Shown piece by piece: positions 43,799-46,529 of a stretch of DNA of 46,529 nucleotides. The stretch is from positions 1 through 46,529 of the forward strand of contig JBDRBI010000131.1 of the NCBI GenBank assembly GCA_043822885.1. The letters run 5' to 3'. The stretch's first letter is position 1; every line of letters starts with the position of its first letter. The DNA comes from Candidatus Omnitrophota bacterium (lineage in GTDB: Bacteria; Omnitrophota; Gorgyraeia; Tantalellales; Tantalellaceae). The position numbers were made by a program, and so were the translations under genes. Under the pieces are notes generated by a model. It worked only from the letters and a program-made list of their open reading frames with translations, did not search any database and was not told where the DNA came from.

Positions 43799-44401
43799 CA
43801 AGTAAAGTCCCTTATTCCTAATATATTCTACGGCGGCAGGTTTAAGCAAAAAATCTATAGGTTCTTTTTCTCTTATGCGGCGCCTGATCTCACTGGAAGA
43901 GATATCTGTTCGGGGAATATCCACTCGCGTTATTTTGTCCTCATAAGGTCCCGTTTTTCCGAAACCCGGTCGTGTTCCGACCACAAAAACGGTAAGATTC
44001 AGGATCTCTTCAATACCTTTCCATTCCGAAAGAGTTTCCAACGAATCAGATCCGATAATAAAAAAAAGTTCGGCATATTTCTCTTTGCCTCTGAAATGTT
44101 TGATCGTATCTATAGAGTATGAAGTCCCTTTAGCGTCGATCTCGTACGTGGATATCTCAAAACGTTTATCTCCCTCCAGGGACAGCCTAACAAGATTAAG
44201 CCTATCCGCGACAGAAATATCTCCTTCTAATTCTTTATGCGGAGGGATATATGCGGGTACAAAAATGACCTTTTCTAAGCCCAGCTTGAACCACGCTTCT
44301 TGAGCAAGTATAAGATGCCCCAGATGCACAGGATTAAATGTCCCCCCAAAAAGCCCGATCTTCACCTTGCCTCCATTAAAGCTCTCTAAGTCCCGTAACA
44401 T
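43784..44401 (-). CDS. nadD: nicotinate-nucleotide adenylyltransferase
   Basis: GGTFNPVHLGH motif and ISSSEIR motif. ATG at 44401; the ORF track uses TTG one codon upstream. Confidence 0.9.
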   Translation of the reverse strand: MLRDLESFNGGKVKIGLFGGTFNPVHLGHLILAQEAWFKLGLEKVIFVPAYIPPHKELEGDISVADRLNLVRLSLEGDKRFEISTYEIDAKGTSYSIDTIKHFRGKEKYAELFFIIGSDSLETLSEWKGIEEILNLTVFVVGTRPGFGKTGPYEDKITRVDIPRTDISSSEIRRRIREKEPIDFLLKPAAVEYIRNKGLYLQHSA

Positions 44402-44415
44402 CAAAGTAGTCTTCA

Positions 44416-44736
44416 GTCACCCCCGCTGTTTTCTTCGAAAACATGCAGCGGGACAGGCAGTCACCTAGTCACCAGTCTAGAAGTTAGAGGGTAGAAGATA
44501 GAAATTAGATTAAATCAGCTAAATGTTTTCTTTCTACCTTCTACCTTCAGTGAAATTCTGAAATTCTAACCAGGTTAGCTAGCTAACCTGGTTAGATCTG
44601 TCAGGTTAGAATTTCATGCTATCTTCTCGTTTCTAACTTCCTTCTTCTACCTTCTATTCCCTGGTACCCCGATCCCTGGTGACTAGGTGCCCTGGTGACT
44701 GGTGACTTTTATCTCGCTTCTATCTTCTCCCTTCTA
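44416..44736. repeat. ~320-nt mosaic palindrome centred on a perfect 30-nt palindrome
   Basis: Left half: GC stem-loop module (44416-44465), GTCACC array, TAGAAG array (44477-44510), CTTCTAC block, GAAATTC repeats. Centre at 44566-44595. Right half: GAATTTC, CTTCT arrays (44619-44657), GGTGAC/GGTACC array (44658-44706), CTTCT array running into the proA stop. Confidence 0.9.
44566..44595. repeat. perfect 30-nt palindrome
   Basis: CTAACCAGGTTAGCT|AGCTAACCTGGTTAG, flanked by GAAATTCTAACC ... GGTTAGAATTTC. Confidence 0.95.
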
Positions 44737-45993
44737 CGTCCTGATCTGCCCATTCCCATGTATCACATACTTGTATGTCGTTAGTTCTTCCAGCCCCATA
44801 GGACCGCGCGCGTGCAAGCGGTCTGTCGATATCCCGATCTCGGCGCCTTTTCCGAACTGGGCGCCGTCAGTGAACCGTGTGGACGCGTTAACATACACCG
44901 CGGCGGAATCCACTTTGCTCAAAAATTCTTCCGCATGAACGGTATTTTCGGTTACTATGGCGTCTGAATGATGGGATCCGAATCTCTCTATATGCTTTAC
45001 AGCCTCTTCCAGGGAACTCACTACCCTTATATTCAGGATAAGATCCAGCCACTCGGTCCCAAAATCTTCATCATCCGCTTCTTCTGCCAGATCTCCCAAT
45101 ATTTTTATCGTTTCAGAACATCCTTTTAATCTGACCCCTGCCTTCGCGAACATTTCCCCGATATCGCCCAGAAATACTTCGGCTATTTTCTTATTTACAA
45201 GCATTGTCTCCATCGCGTTACAGACCCCGGGTCTCTGTACTTTGGCGTTAAAACATATTTTTTTTGCCATGTCGAGATCCGCTTCATCATCCACGTATAT
45301 GCTGCATATTCCTTTGTAATGTTTTATCACGGGGATCCTGCTTTTTTCGGATACTTCGTGTATTAAAGATTCGCCTCCGCGGGGCATGATCAGATCTATC
45401 CCGCCTCTGGCTTTCAGCATAGCGTCCACCAGATCCCGGCCGGTATTTTCTATAAGCAAAAAAGCTCCCTCATCCAGTCCGTGTTTGATAGCGGCCTTTT
45501 TAAGCGCTCCGCAAATAGCCTTATTGGAGTTTATGCTGCCGGATCCTCCTCTCAGGATCACGGCATTGCCTGATTTTAGACATAAAGATACACATTCCGC
45601 GGTTACATTAGGCCGGGCTTCGTATATGATACCGATAACGCCTATGGGAACCCTGATCTTTTCTATTAAAAGTCCGTTAGGTCTTTTGGTTTTTTCGATG
45701 ACAGAACCGACCGGATCCGGAAGACTCGCGACCTCTTTTATCATGGCGCGCATTCCGTCGATCCTTTTATTATCAAGCATTAAACGATCGATAAAAGCGG
45801 CGGATCTTTCCTCTTTTTTGGCTTCGCTAATGTCCTTTTCATTCGCCTTTTTAATTTCTTCTCTTGCGGCCTCCATCTCCTCCGCCATGGATAAAAGTAC
45901 TTCGTCTTTCTCCTCTTTACTCAAAAGACGTAAAGCATCCGCTCCCTTTCGCGCTTTTTCGGTTATACCTTTCATAATACCTTCGGCATTCAT
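44734..45993 (-). CDS. proA: glutamate-5-semialdehyde dehydrogenase
   Basis: ALDH-superfamily ProA with catalytic Cys in VCNAMETMLV and the YVNASTRFTDG motif. 419 aa. Confidence 0.92.
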   Translation of the reverse strand: MNAEGIMKGITEKARKGADALRLLSKEEKDEVLLSMAEEMEAAREEIKKANEKDISEAKKEERSAAFIDRLMLDNKRIDGMRAMIKEVASLPDPVGSVIEKTKRPNGLLIEKIRVPIGVIGIIYEARPNVTAECVSLCLKSGNAVILRGGSGSINSNKAICGALKKAAIKHGLDEGAFLLIENTGRDLVDAMLKARGGIDLIMPRGGESLIHEVSEKSRIPVIKHYKGICSIYVDDEADLDMAKKICFNAKVQRPGVCNAMETMLVNKKIAEVFLGDIGEMFAKAGVRLKGCSETIKILGDLAEEADDEDFGTEWLDLILNIRVVSSLEEAVKHIERFGSHHSDAIVTENTVHAEEFLSKVDSAAVYVNASTRFTDGAQFGKGAEIGISTDRLHARGPMGLEELTTYKYVIHGNGQIRT

Positions 45994-46006
45994 GTTCCCT
46001 CCGAGA

Positions 46007-46529
46007 TCAATTACGGCTTTCTAAAACAACAAGATTATCTCTATGTATCACTTCGTCATAATCTTTATATCCAAGTTCCTTCTCTATTTCATCGGAGCTT
46101 TTGTTCTTTATTTTGTTTATTTCCTGAGATGAATAATTTGAAAGTCCGCGGGCGATAACGCTTCCTTTCAGAGAGACTATTTCTACTACCGACCCTTCCG
46201 CGAACACACCCTCGACTTTTTTTATCCCGCTCGGCAAAAGACTCTTGTTCCTGTCAACAACGGCCGTCTCGGCGCCTTTATCTATAATGATCTTGCCCTT
46301 TGCTTTCAAGCTAAAAGCTATCCATCTTTTTCTTGCCTTGAGAGTTCTTTTTTTCGCTTTGAAACGTGTCCCGACATTTTTTCCTTCTATTATATCCTTA
46401 AGCGCATTTTTCTTTTTACCTGCCGCTATTACGCATTCTATTCCCGCATGTGCGGCGTTCTTGATCGCGTCCAGTTTGGTCAGCATCCCCCCCGTGCTTT
46501 CATCGCATCCTTTTCCTTTGCAAAGGGCC
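46007..46529 (-). CDS. proB: glutamate 5-kinase, 3' portion (5' end beyond the window)
   Basis: The frame stays open to the window edge (...ALCKGKGCDESTGGMLTKLDAIKNAA = GGMxTKL motif). A C-terminal PUA domain is present. The Met at 46486 in the ORF track is internal. Confidence 0.88.
   Translation of the reverse strand, partial: ALCKGKGCDESTGGMLTKLDAIKNAAHAGIECVIAAGKKKNALKDIIEGKNVGTRFKAKKRTLKARKRWIAFSLKAKGKIIIDKGAETAVVDRNKSLLPSGIKKVEGVFAEGSVVEIVSLKGSVIARGLSNYSSQEINKIKNKSSDEIEKELGYKDYDEVIHRDNLVVLESRN

Overview
This 46.5 kb bacterial chromosomal window is almost entirely housekeeping genes. About 47 CDS lie on the minus strand and the only plus-strand gene is a tRNA(CAT). Taxon cannot be assigned from the sequence.

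Gene content, listed in ascending window coordinates (the reverse of the transcription direction):
- groES (5' end only, with a perfect CIRCE operator), coaX, birA, an S2P protease, hflKC
- tauE, mnmA, apbE, panB
- a tetrahydrofolate C1 block: metF, folD, fchA, fhs
- rnhB, rplS, trmD, rpsP (no rimM), murA, prmC, prfA, rpmE, rho, coaE, polA
- a bactofilin-HTH protein paired with an HTH-TM protein, mgtC, tsaD, a YibQ-like deacetylase, ctp
- gatCAB, rsmA, pdxA, two PPIases, a truncated mfd, argS, rsfS, nadD, proA, proB (partial)

The unusual biology is non-coding.
- 12 of the 19 intergenic gaps longer than 75 nt are filled by mosaic elements made of degenerate tandem heptamers (GTCACCN, TAGAAGN/GAGAAGN, GAGTTNN, ATAGTTN, TATRGTC, AAAAGTN, GAGTCNN, CTATGCN). 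The arrays are frequently laid out in mirror (inverted) order, giving imperfect hairpins of 80 to 600 nt.
- Many of these arrays are nucleated next to a conserved 11-nt core, ATCRGTCAATC.
- A second family is a long-hairpin element of about 190 nt. It occurs in three full copies plus one internally deleted copy, and its stems differ in sequence but stay complementary (compensatory changes).
- A third family is a GC stem-loop module present three times.
- A fourth item is a ~207-nt long-range-paired region beside groES.

These repeat families fit no class I recognise. They only resemble the STRR heptamers of cyanobacteria and REP/BIME or MITE-like elements. They are the main candidates for something new. 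No defence system, CRISPR array, integrase or transposase is visible.
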